Of a DNA stretch of 64,000 bases, positions 9,896 through 20,300 are shown piece after piece. Below the pieces are notes generated by a model. The model saw only the letters and a program-made list of their open reading frames with translations. It did not search any database and had not been told where the DNA came from. The DNA comes from an uncultured cyanobacterium (lineage in GTDB: Bacteria > Cyanobacteriota > Cyanobacteriia > Cyanobacteriales > CAWCAG01): contig CAWDOD010000011.1 of assembly GCA_963803805.1 (NCBI GenBank), positions 544,001 to 608,000 of the forward strand, in the 5' to 3' direction. The translations under genes were made by a program, and so were the position numbers. Every line of letters begins with the position of its first letter. Position 1 is the first letter of the stretch.

Positions 9896-11248
9896 ATGAC
9901 TCCCCAAAACTACCACATAACTACCTTCGGCTGCCAAATGAACAAAGCCGACTCTGAACGTATGGCTGGTATTTTAGATGAGATGGGTTTAGTACATTCA
10001 GCAGATCCTAACCAAGCGGATTTGATTCTCTACAATACTTGTACCATTCGTGATAATGCCGAACAAAAAGTTTATTCTTATTTAGGTAGGCAAGCTAAAC
10101 GCAAACATCAACAACCTAACTTAACTTTAGTGGTGGCGGGTTGCGTTGCACAACAGGAAGGAGAAAAGTTGTTGCGACGAGTTCCAGAGTTGGATTTAGT
10201 CATGGGGCCGCAACACGCTAATCGTTTAGAAGACTTATTAAACCAAGTCTTTGACGGTAATCAAGTGGTTGCCACTGATCCTATTCATATCGCCGAAGAT
10301 ATCACCAAACCTCGGCGGGATAGTAAGGTGAGTGCTTGGGTGAATGTCATTTATGGTTGCAATGAACGCTGTACTTATTGCGTTGTTCCCAATGTGCGAG
10401 GGATAGAACAATCTCGCACCCCGGAGGCGATTCGGGAGGAGATGGAAGAGTTGGCCAGACAGGGTTATAAAGAAGTTACCCTGTTGGGGCAAAACATTGA
10501 TGCCTATGGTAGAGATTTACCAGGCAGCACCCCAGAAGGTCGTCACCAAAACACCTTGACAGATTTACTCTATTATGTTGCAGATATTCCCGGCATTGAA
10601 CGCATCCGCTTTGCCACCAGCCATCCTCGCTATTTCACAGAAAGATTAATCCGTGCTTGTCAAGAAATTCCCCAAGTTTGCGAACATTTCCACATTCCCT
10701 TTCAATCGGGGGATAATGAGATTCTCAAGGCGATGGCGCGGGGTTATACCCAAGAAAAATATCGCCGCATTATTAATAAGATTAGGGAATGTATGCCCGA
10801 TGCAGCCATTAGCGCTGATGCAATCGTGGCTTTTCCTGGGGAAACAGAGGAACAGTTTAACAATACCCTTAATTTAGTTGCAGACATCGGTTTTGACCAA
10901 CTAAATACAGCAGCCTATTCACCTCGCCCCGGCACTCCTGCGGCTTTGTGGGACAATCAATTAAGCGAGGAGGTAAAGAGCGATCGCCTGCAACGTATTA
11001 ACCGTTTAGTTGAGGTAAAAGCAATCGAGCGATCGCAGCGTTATTTAGGTAGGATTGAAGAAGTTTTAGTCGAAGATATCAACCCCAAAGATCCCAGCCA
11101 AGTAGTGGGGCGTACTAGAGGTAGTCGTTTAACCTTTTGTCAGGGAGATATTGAGGAGTTAAAAGGAAAAACAATTAAGGTGAAAATAACCGATATTAGA
11201 GCCTTTAGTTTAACAGGAGAAAGGGTGCTTGAGAAGGTGAGTGTTTAA
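9896..11248 (+). CDS. miaB: tRNA-2-methylthio-N6-dimethylallyladenosine synthase
   Basis: TFGCQMN, NTCTIR, radical [12 protein letters not shown]-terminal TRAM domain. Confidence 0.97.
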   Translation: MTPQNYHITTFGCQMNKADSERMAGILDEMGLVHSADPNQADLILYNTCTIRDNAEQKVYSYLGRQAKRKHQQPNLTLVVAGCVAQQEGEKLLRRVPELDLVMGPQHANRLEDLLNQVFDGNQVVATDPIHIAEDITKPRRDSKVSAWVNVIYGCNERCTYCVVPNVRGIEQSRTPEAIREEMEELARQGYKEVTLLGQNIDAYGRDLPGSTPEGRHQNTLTDLLYYVADIPGIERIRFATSHPRYFTERLIRACQEIPQVCEHFHIPFQSGDNEILKAMARGYTQEKYRRIINKIRECMPDAAISADAIVAFPGETEEQFNNTLNLVADIGFDQLNTAAYSPRPGTPAALWDNQLSEEVKSDRLQRINRLVEVKAIERSQRYLGRIEEVLVEDINPKDPSQVVGRTRGSRLTFCQGDIEELKGKTIKVKITDIRAFSLTGERVLEKVSV

Positions 11249-11299
11249 GTTTTGAATTTGAGAGTTTTTGTTAATAGAAAAATAACCAGCAAGCTACTT

Positions 11300-11860
11300 T
11301 TATTCAGGAGGTTCAAAAATACAAATAGATTGTGGCTCAATAGGACAAGTTTGATTAATAAGCTTCGGATTTCCCGACAGTCCAAGCGAAGTCAAATTAG
11401 TCAAGGAAGATAGAGGTGTTATATCTTTTATTTGGTTTTCTGCCAGTCCAAGCGAAGTCAAATTAGTTAAGGAAGATAGAGGTGTTATGTCCTCTATTTC
11501 ATTTACCCCCAAGTCAAGCGAAGTCAAATTAGTTAAGGAAGATAGAGGTGTTATGTCCGTTATTCCATTATTCCACAGGAAAAGGTCAGTAAAATTAGTC
11601 AACCGCCTCTGAGCAAGCTGGCAATCTTCAGTTTCAGCTTGTGTTAACAACACTTCAACAGTATGTTGAGCTTCATTAGTTAAACCTTCTTTATTTTCGC
11701 ACCATTCCGCAAAGCTTTCAAACTGCTGCCCTTGAGCCATTGCTTGATGCCCACCACCTCCCACCGTTAGCAATACAATTGCATAGGCAAAGCCCTTAAT
11801 AGACTTCGTGATTATCTCTTCACTCTGTTTAAACCACTGTTTTTGTTTTCTACTAATCAT
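11300..11860 (-). CDS. Secreted internalin-like LRR protein
   Basis: Signal-like N-terminus, FAEWC cap, three near-identical 22-aa DITPLSSLTNLTSL repeats, C-terminal CP..PQSIC cap. Confidence 0.88.
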   Translation of the reverse strand: MISRKQKQWFKQSEEIITKSIKGFAYAIVLLTVGGGGHQAMAQGQQFESFAEWCENKEGLTNEAQHTVEVLLTQAETEDCQLAQRRLTNFTDLFLWNNGITDITPLSSLTNLTSLDLGVNEIEDITPLSSLTNLTSLGLAENQIKDITPLSSLTNLTSLGLSGNPKLINQTCPIEPQSICIFEPPE

Positions 11861-11927
11861 GGGCTAACTCTTTAACCTGAAGAAATTTTATTATATTTAC
11901 TATGAGTCTTTATTTTGAAATAAAGAA

Positions 11928-11945
11928 GATGAAACCCGCCCCTAC
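11928..11945 (-). repeat. GTAG-type REP half element overlapping the caspase stop codon
   Basis: GTAGGGGCGGGTTTCATC, identical to the end of the 16545-16606 element. Confidence 0.7.
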
Positions 11946-13135
11946 TCCTTAACGATTAGCAAATCACCAGCAGAAACACTCCCCTCAACATTACCAATAG
12001 CCAACAAACCATTGCGAGTTTGATATCTTACCAAGCCTTGTTTACCAGGGACACTAAACTTCATCCCTCGTTCAACTTCACCAGGATCGATGCCACCTAA
12101 CCAGAATTTAGCCTGTCTGCCTTCAATTCTGGTTACTATAGCATGGGCTGCTGCTCTGGTGGGGGATGCAAAATAAATTGGTTGTTCTTCGTAACCGCTA
12201 CCTACTTCCACATTCAAAGTGGGAGTTTGTACAAAATCATCGGGAAGGTACTTTGTGATATTTTTTACTACATAAGCAATGGCTTCTTCTGGGTTGGTGT
12301 TTTCTTGCCAAAGATACTGGGTTAAGGCATAGGTGAATGCCCCGGCTGAGAAGCCATTAATCCAAGCATCCGCAGCGAGTTGATTAGGATTAGTTGAGGC
12401 AATAACTACTCCCTTAGCAACCCCTCGGCGATAACCAGCGATGAACTCTTGAGGAGAAATGTTTAATTTACTAAGCAATTGTTCTTGATAAGCTTTTTCT
12501 TCACCAGAAACCAGAGTTTCCTTACCTCCATCACGAGAGCGAATACGAATTTTTCTGTTAGCAGCCCCCGAAAAACAGCTATCTAAAACCGCCGTAAAGT
12601 TTTCTGTAGGTACAGCAGACATGAGTAAGTAGAGAGTATGACCCATAATATCTTTAACTGACCCTGATTGTTCTGGATATCCTGGGGGAAGAGTTGCATC
12701 GATGGGGACGAAAGTGCCGTTTAAATTGCTTTCTTCCTTGCTGAAGTCGGTAACAATGGGGTTAGGGTCAAAAATGCGCGAACCATGGCCAGAATAGTGA
12801 TAAACAGCCACATCCTCCGGTTTAACTTGGTTGATTAAGTATTCTTCAAAAGCCCCTAACATTCCTTTGCGGGTGGCATCTTGATTCAGGAGGAGATGAA
12901 TATCTTTGGGGTTAAAACCAAAGCGGTGAATTAATAATTCTCGCTGCATAAAAACATCGTTGATGCAACCTCTAAGAGGACTTTGGCTATAGTCATTGAT
13001 ACCAACCAAAAGGGCAACTTTACGGGGTGTACTTTGGGCTAAAACTTTACCGTAGCGTTCCCATTTACTTAAGCCCAAAGTGCTTAAGGTTGCCCCAGCC
13101 AATTGCAAGAAATGGCGACGAGATAGTTTACTCAT
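11942..13135 (-). CDS. Caspase-family (peptidase C14) protease with Tat signal
   Basis: SRRHFLQ twin-arginine motif; ALLVGINDY, HYSGHG and DSC catalytic dyad. Confidence 0.9.
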   Translation of the reverse strand: MSKLSRRHFLQLAGATLSTLGLSKWERYGKVLAQSTPRKVALLVGINDYSQSPLRGCINDVFMQRELLIHRFGFNPKDIHLLLNQDATRKGMLGAFEEYLINQVKPEDVAVYHYSGHGSRIFDPNPIVTDFSKEESNLNGTFVPIDATLPPGYPEQSGSVKDIMGHTLYLLMSAVPTENFTAVLDSCFSGAANRKIRIRSRDGGKETLVSGEEKAYQEQLLSKLNISPQEFIAGYRRGVAKGVVIASTNPNQLAADAWINGFSAGAFTYALTQYLWQENTNPEEAIAYVVKNITKYLPDDFVQTPTLNVEVGSGYEEQPIYFASPTRAAAHAIVTRIEGRQAKFWLGGIDPGEVERGMKFSVPGKQGLVRYQTRNGLLAIGNVEGSVSAGDLLIVKE

Positions 13136-13176
13136 ATCTAGATAGATTCTTATCTAATTGGTACTGGTATCTTTTT

Positions 13177-13238
13177 AATTTAGCCTGCCAATCAACATAA
13201 AAAACAGTTCGTTTCAAAAACTGTAACCTAAGTCAATG
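13177..13238 (-). promoter_or_regulatory. Conserved upstream module, copy 1 (before caspase)
   Basis: Aligns with 16471-16531 and 53006-53060; core AACGAACT-N-TTGGCA on the sense strand. Confidence 0.65.
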
Positions 13239-13319
13239 ATGTCTATGACAAGGGATGGATAGACTTCAAAACTGTCAATGATCCAAAGTGATCATTGTTC
13301 ATTGATAATTAATTATTGT

Positions 13320-16300
13320 TCACTGTTCCCCTTGAATAGTGAAAGCTGCCCAGTAATAAGGATCTTGCCAGTTACTGTCTTTTTGCCACATTTCTAATTG
13401 TGCTTCTCTTAAAGCAGCAGCAGGTTTTAGTTTTTCTTGGTACATTTTTTTGTAGAATGTACTCATCAACTCAGAGGTGGAACGGTCATTAACCGCCCAA
13501 AGACTGACCACAACTCGCTTTGCCCCTGCATACATAAAACCTCTGGTTAAGCTAACTAATCCTTCTCCGGCTAACTCTGACCCTAAGCCAGTTTCGCAGG
13601 CACTCAATACTACTAACTCCGCCGGGAGTTCGAGGTTATAAATAGTATCTAAACGTAACAAAGGGTCTTGTAATTCTCCTTGGGAATTATATACCGACAG
13701 TGCTAAACCAGAAAACTGAGGTACATCTTTGTTGAGACAACCGTGGGTGGAAAAGTGAACGGTTTGATACTGAGAAAGTTGAGGGCTGGTAGCGGTGGCG
13801 AGGGAAGCATCATAGCCAAAAGCTGCAAAGCTTTCATTTTCTGGTACAAGGGCAAGAATGTTTTCTGCTTCAGTGCGGGTATATTGTAGGTTTGGTAGGG
13901 AGAGGCAGACATTTTGGGCTGATCGGGTTAAGTCTCTTAAGTCTACGGTTTGTTGTCCTTCTAGTTCATAAACAGGGTCAGCAAAGACAGCAAGCTGTTT
14001 AGGGGCGAGGGGACGACCTTTGACCTGTTGGCGCAATGCCTCTAAACTGGAAGCAGAAGGGAGAGTGATGATTTCGTGGTTGGCGATTAGGGGCTTTTGA
14101 GCTAGGGAGTTGGGGAGAGGTAGGGCGGCGAAGGGGATGCTTTGTAAGGTTCCGTCGCCGACAATTAAAAGGCGTTTGTTGCCTAATTCCTGAACAGCAG
14201 GTCCAAGAATTATTTTGCTGAGTTGTTTGACTATTTCTGGGTTGTTAATGGTTTCACTGGCCATGTCGTTGCGAAATTTGTTAGCGAGTTGCTCAATTTC
14301 TGCTTGGGGAGGAAGTTCATAACTACTAACTTTGTCTTTACTAACCACCCAAAGATAGCTACCCTGCTCGCTGAGGTGGTATTCTAAGAGGAGGGTATCA
14401 TCATCAAGAACTTGCTCTTGAATTTCTCTAGTTTGTAGGGTAAACTTGGTTGGTTGATTAATGGCAGCATAGGCAGGACTTTGCAAACGAATAGTTGTTT
14501 CTATTTGGTCAAGTTCAGCCACAAGAGAATTGATTTCTTGGTTGAGGTTTGCTTGTTCTTTGGTTCTATAGGAACCTCGCAAAAGCTGGGCTTGCTCTTC
14601 TAATGCAGTAGCAAGTTGCTTAGTTGATGCTTTTTCGGCTTGAACTAGTTTTGGGTCTACTCCTTGGCGAATATCTACCCTAGCTTCTTGGAGTTCGGTG
14701 AGGAGTTGACGGGCGCGGATTCTTTCACTGTAGTAGAGTGCCTGACTATGGTATCCTTGGGAAGAATCTTTTTGGTGCAATTCCATCAGCAGCCTGATTT
14801 GAAAATCATAGTATTCTTCAACAGTTAGGAAAAAGGAAGTTTGCAGCCGGGGAGTAAGAATTTGGTTGCGAAGAAATTCAATATTTTCAATGGCTTGTTC
14901 CATAGACTCAGAGGCAGGGAGGAGATTATTTTGTTCGTATTGCAAGACAGCAATGTTTCTGAGGGTATTAGCTTCTCCGCTACGATTCTTGACTGCACGG
15001 TATAGGGATAATGCCTGGTTGTAATATTCTAAACCTCGCTGCTTTTCTCCTAAATTGTAATAAACAAGCCCAATGTTATTAAGAGTAACCGCTTCCCCAT
15101 CTTGATCCTCCACGGCAAGATACAAAGGTAAGGCTCGATTATAGTATTCTAAGGCTTGTTGCTTCTCTCCTAAATCTGAATAGATACCGCCAAGATTATT
15201 GAGAATACTAGCTTCCCCGCTGCGATTTTCCACAGCTAGGAAAAGAGGTAACGCCTGGTTGTAGTATTCTAATGCCTGCTGCTTTTCTCCTAAAGCGTTG
15301 TAAATACCACCAATGTTGTTGAGGGTGATAGCTTCTCCTTGGCGATCGCCTACAGCCCGACGAAGGGTTAAAGCTTGGTTATAATATGCTAATGCCTGCT
15401 GCTTCTCTCCTAAAATGTCGTAGACACTGCCAATATTGTTGAGGGTAGTAGCTTCTCCTTGGCGATCGCCTACAGCCTGACGAAGGGGTAAAGCCTGGTT
15501 ATAGTATTCTAATGCCTGCTGCTTTTCCCCCAACCCGTCATAGGCAGCACCAATATTATTAAGGGTAGAGGCTTCCCCATCTTGATCCCCTACAGTACGG
15601 AAAATAGGCATTGCTCGATTATAATATTCTAAGGCTTGCTGCTTCTCTCCTAAATCGGAGTAGACACGACCAATGTTATTAAGGATATTGGCTTCTCCGT
15701 TGCGATCGCCGATAGTAAGATAAAGGGATAATGCTTGATTATAGTATTCTAAGGCTTGCTGGTTTTCTCCTAAAGCTTTGTAAGTCAGGCCAATGTTGTT
15801 GAGGGTATCTGCTTCTTTGTCTCGATATTTTAGGGTACGAACAAGGAGCAAAACTTGATTATAGTATTCAAGTGCCTGCTGATTTTCTCCCCAAGCTTTG
15901 TAGATAGAAGCAATGTTATATAGTGCAGCAGCTTTACTATCGTGATCACCTACTGCACTATACAAAGACAATGCTTGTTTATAGTATTCAAGTGCTTGCT
16001 GATTTTCTCCCAAAGCATTATAAGCAAAGCCAATACTGTGGAGAGTAAGTGCTTCTCCATCCTGATCACCTACTGTACGATATAGGGACAATGCTAGGTT
16101 ATAGTATTCAAGTGCTTGCTGGTTTTCTTCTAAAGCATTGTAGGCACGACCTATTCCTAGTAAGATCAGGGCTTGTTGAGATTGATCTCCTTGTTGTTGC
16201 CAAAGTTGAAGGGCTTTCTCCCATTCAATGATACTTTGTCTTAGAGATGCTGTTGTTCCTTCTTGGTAAAGTCGTAATCCTTGTTCATAAGCTTCTTCAG

Positions 16301-16427
16301 CAGCAACAGAACTTTTCTGGGCAATTTCTGTTGGGTATGGGTTTGCAATGACAGTATGAATTGGAGAAGCTAGAGAGAGAAAGAAGGCGAGAAAAGCTTT
16401 CGACTTTGGACTTGAAGATGGAGTCAT
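13320..16427 (-). CDS. TPR-CHAT domain protein with signal peptide
   Basis: About 11 40-aa TPR repeats; CHAT motifs HFSTHG, LSACETG, PYYWAAF. Confidence 0.92.
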   Translation of the reverse strand: MTPSSSPKSKAFLAFFLSLASPIHTVIANPYPTEIAQKSSVAAEEAYEQGLRLYQEGTTASLRQSIIEWEKALQLWQQQGDQSQQALILLGIGRAYNALEENQQALEYYNLALSLYRTVGDQDGEALTLHSIGFAYNALGENQQALEYYKQALSLYSAVGDHDSKAAALYNIASIYKAWGENQQALEYYNQVLLLVRTLKYRDKEADTLNNIGLTYKALGENQQALEYYNQALSLYLTIGDRNGEANILNNIGRVYSDLGEKQQALEYYNRAMPIFRTVGDQDGEASTLNNIGAAYDGLGEKQQALEYYNQALPLRQAVGDRQGEATTLNNIGSVYDILGEKQQALAYYNQALTLRRAVGDRQGEAITLNNIGGIYNALGEKQQALEYYNQALPLFLAVENRSGEASILNNLGGIYSDLGEKQQALEYYNRALPLYLAVEDQDGEAVTLNNIGLVYYNLGEKQRGLEYYNQALSLYRAVKNRSGEANTLRNIAVLQYEQNNLLPASESMEQAIENIEFLRNQILTPRLQTSFFLTVEEYYDFQIRLLMELHQKDSSQGYHSQALYYSERIRARQLLTELQEARVDIRQGVDPKLVQAEKASTKQLATALEEQAQLLRGSYRTKEQANLNQEINSLVAELDQIETTIRLQSPAYAAINQPTKFTLQTREIQEQVLDDDTLLLEYHLSEQGSYLWVVSKDKVSSYELPPQAEIEQLANKFRNDMASETINNPEIVKQLSKIILGPAVQELGNKRLLIVGDGTLQSIPFAALPLPNSLAQKPLIANHEIITLPSASSLEALRQQVKGRPLAPKQLAVFADPVYELEGQQTVDLRDLTRSAQNVCLSLPNLQYTRTEAENILALVPENESFAAFGYDASLATATSPQLSQYQTVHFSTHGCLNKDVPQFSGLALSVYNSQGELQDPLLRLDTIYNLELPAELVVLSACETGLGSELAGEGLVSLTRGFMYAGAKRVVVSLWAVNDRSTSELMSTFYKKMYQEKLKPAAALREAQLEMWQKDSNWQDPYYWAAFTIQGEQ

Positions 16428-16470
16428 GGGATGGTAAGAGGCAGTAGATTAATTCACTAGCATATTTCTA

Positions 16471-16531
16471 AATTTACTTGCCAATTTTAGTAAAGAACAG
16501 TTCGTTGCCAAAAATGTAACCTCAGTCAATG
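16471..16531 (-). promoter_or_regulatory. Conserved upstream module, copy 2 (before TPR-CHAT)
   Basis: Aligns with 13177-13238 and 53006-53060. Confidence 0.65.
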
Positions 16532-16544
16532 GTCAATCAGATTT

Positions 16545-16606
16545 GTAAGGGCAGGTTTTCGTAAATCTCGGTTGTTGTCTAAAATCTTGATGAAACCCGC
16601 CCCTAC
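16545..16606. repeat. ~62-bp REP doublet/MITE-like element
   Basis: GTAAGGGCAGGTTT...AAACCCGCCCCTAC imperfect inverted ends; related to 50475-50535. Confidence 0.75.
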
Positions 16607-17286
16607 TAGGGTCTAATTTCCACTTTTGTACCCACCTCAACTACTTTATATATTTCCTCAACATCAGTATTCCTCAAAGAAACACAACCCCAAGTCCAAT
16701 TATCCCCTTCCTCGATTAAATTATCTTGTCCTGGGGGAACACCATGAATACCAATTTGCCCACCAATGGTAGCTAAAAGACTAATTTCTCCCTTTCTTTT
16801 TGCCTGCCAATGTTCACCCCAAGAATCAGCGTTAGGATAATCTAACCAGAGAAATTTTGACCAATTAGGGTGGGGATAAAGGTCACGAATAGAGTAAATT
16901 CCCTCTGGAGTTTTCATATCTCCTTCCTTAAGTTTATCTCCTTGAGGATTAGGACCAAAAACAACCGGATAAGCTTTGAGAGGAGTTTGTTGATAGTAAA
17001 TTGTGAGGCGGTATTTACTTTTTTCAATCAAAATAGAAGTGGCACTTTTGTCCAGGGGTTGATTGATTAGTTCGTTTAAAGATTGTTCGTAGTTGAGTAA
17101 ATCGTTGTTGGCTAAGGCAATATGTTGAGGTTTTTGCAACGACGAATTATCAAGATTGAGTAATTTTGCAAGCTGAGGAGGAGGAGGTAAATAACCTCTT
17201 TTATAAGCAAAGAAGTAAAATAATAAACCACTTATAAGTAATGTAGAGAACCAAAAAACAATCTTTTTTGTCTTGTATTTATTCAT
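16606..17286 (-). CDS. L,D-transpeptidase (YkuD) family protein with membrane anchor
   Basis: GD.KTPEG, IGIHG...WTWGCVSL catalytic motif. Confidence 0.9.
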   Translation of the reverse strand: MNKYKTKKIVFWFSTLLISGLLFYFFAYKRGYLPPPPQLAKLLNLDNSSLQKPQHIALANNDLLNYEQSLNELINQPLDKSATSILIEKSKYRLTIYYQQTPLKAYPVVFGPNPQGDKLKEGDMKTPEGIYSIRDLYPHPNWSKFLWLDYPNADSWGEHWQAKRKGEISLLATIGGQIGIHGVPPGQDNLIEEGDNWTWGCVSLRNTDVEEIYKVVEVGTKVEIRP

Positions 17287-17388
17287 AAGTTTAAGGGTAA
17301 GGCAGCAGATAGTAAGCTGTCTAGCGTTTAATTTACAATAGTGAGATGACTGGGTGATAGTCTGGCTTTGGCTATTTTTAGAAAATAT

Positions 17389-20300
17389 TTAATAATAAGC
17401 GTCACAGAGTTTGCGATCACTTTCTTTTACTTTAGGATTGTTTTTGAGATAGCCTTTTATTTTGTCACACCCATGTTGCAATAATTCGTCTAATTCTAAG
17501 CTTTTAGATATTAAGCCTTCGTAAGTTGCAAAAGCTATAGATTTGCCATCCGGACTAAAGCTTACATCTCGACCACTAAAACTACTGAAGGGAACATATC
17601 TTTCAAACATACCATCAATTAGCCAAAAAGCAACTATTTCTGATCTATTTTCTTCCTGTATAAAATTCACTGCTAACAATTTTCCATCAGAACTAAAGTT
17701 GATATTTTTAGCAGAATAGTTCTCATAATATTTTAAGGTTTTCACCGAAGTAGTGCCATTTGGCTTCCAAAGCTTTACTGTCCCGTCATCACTTGCTGAA
17801 ACAATTAAGTTCCCTTTAGGAGTAAATTTAGCATCATTAACTTCTTTTGTATGTTCATCAAAAGTTTTAGTTAAAGTACCATCTAGCTTCCGAAGCTCAA
17901 TGGTTTTCTCATCGCTAGCTGAGACAATTGATTGACCATTTGGGCTAAAGTCAATACTATTTACCCTCTCTCCGTGGGTTGCGATGTTTTTGAGTAAAGT
18001 TCCATCAGATTGCCAAATTTGTATTTTTCCGTCATTGCTACCAGAAGCAATTAGTTTACTGTCAGGACTATAACTAATTGCATTTATTTGATTGTCGTAA
18101 ATTTTAAATCTTTGAACAGATGTACTGTCACCTTTCCATAGTTTGATCCTACTATAGGGAGTCGTAAAAACAAAGTTGCTGCTATTAGGAAGAAATTTAA
18201 ACTGTCCACTGTATTCTTCAAAAGAATTAATTAAATTACCGCTACGACTTAAAATACTGACTTGCTTGTTATTGCTGCTGACCGCAATGAAGTCTCCTTG
18301 AGAGCTAAACACAATATAATTACTAATATCATCACTATAATCGCCTTCAAACTCTTCTAACAAAGATCCATTTCTATTCCAAATTTTTATTGTGTCCTGA
18401 TTTTCTTTGTCAAAGATTGCAGCTATTAAATCACTGCCAGGACTAATAATAATATCTTTGACATTGCTATCATCTTTATTAAGCGTTTTACTTAAACTGC
18501 TGCTAAGATGCCAAATTTTAATCTGATCGATTTTATCAACTGTTACTACAAGCTGACCATCTGAACTAATTTTAATCATTTTATAGTCTTTGAATGTTTT
18601 GACTTTACTTAAATTATCTTTCGTATTTACAATATTCAGTTGCTCACCAAATTTAAAAACTGAACCATTAGAATTACGTGAGACTAATTGATCATTGATA
18701 AAAACAAGTTCGCTATCATTGCTAAAGCTGATAATTTCTCCTCTCAAGCTTTTAAGAAGTTGTCCATCTTGCTGCAAAATATCCACTTGATTAAACTTTT
18801 GAATAGCAATAAGTTGGCTATCAGGGCTAAAGATTACTTTTTGCGCCTCGTCAAATTCTTCTAAAGAATTACTACCCCTTTTCCAGATAGCTATCTTCTT
18901 ACCATTACCAACAGCAATAAGTTGGCTATCCGGACTAAACTCTACTTCTGTTACATCTTTGAATTTTCTTAATACGCTGCCATCTTCTCTCAAAATTGCT
19001 GTCTCTTTATAGTTACCAATAACAATAAGCTGGCTATCCGGACTAAACCTGACTACTACTTTATTTTCCAATTCTTTCGGTTCAATGGCAATTCTTCTTA
19101 AGGAATCGCCATCTCTTCGCCATATTCCTATTTCTTTATCGTTGCTAATAGCAATAAGTTGACTATCCGGACTAAATTTGACTGTTGTTCCACCTTCAAA
19201 TTCTTTCAATAAACTACCATCTCTCCGCCATATTTTGATACTATCACCAGTGTTAGCACCTATAAGTTGACCATCAGCACTATATTCTATATTGCTGAGA
19301 ACTGTCTCAGATTGTATAGTTTCTAGTTGTTTAGAATCCGCAGACCAAATATTGATATTATCACTAACGCTAATAAAGGCAAGATTGTTATTATTAGGAC
19401 TAAAAGCAATATCACTAGCATACTCTCGGATACTTTCTATTAATTTACCGTTAGATTGCCATATATCTATACTGAATTCACTCAAGGCAGCAATCCTTTG
19501 AGAATCATGACTAAATTCGACTCGATAAAATTGATCAATATAATAAGGTTCCACTTTAAAAGTTGATACAGCAGCTTTTTGAGAATCAGGACTAAATTTA
19601 ACTTGATAATATTTCTCGAACGGTTTTATTTGTGAACTTAATAAAGTGATATCGTTACTGTTTTCTTTAATTTTTGCAGTTATACCAAAACCTGATTCAA
19701 AACTATTCTGTGGTGTTGAACTATCAATTGTAAGGGTTGGATTTACGACAATAGTATTTTCCTGACTTGTTTCTATTTCATTTAAGTCTTGCCTCAGCAA
19801 ATTACCTTCTTCATCCCAATACTGCTGATCTCCTTTCGTATCAGTGCTAACTAAAAAGAAATCATCTTCAGGTAGACCCAATCTAAAATCATATATATCG
19901 GAATGGTCAAGTTTCTTGTGTTTGTTATTCTTCAAGTCCCAAAGCATTACTATATTATCTTTAGCAACAGAAACAAGGGTTTGACTATCTTGGCTAAAAC
20001 GGATTTTAGTTGCTTTACCTTTGTGTCCAATAAAAGTCTTATCTATCGTGCCATCAATATTCCATAACTTTATTGTTGTATCATCACTCGCAGAAGCAAT
20101 TTTTTTACTATCCGAGCTAAATTCTACATCATTTACAGTCTCAGTATGACCTTCTAAAGTGTCAATATATTTACCTTCAATAGTCCAAAGTTTAACCGTT
20201 TTATCTTCGCTAGCAGACACTATATGTTTTTTGTCAGTACTAAAAGAAATATCTTTTATTGATCTAGTATGACCTTCCAAACGATTGATTTCTGAGTCAT

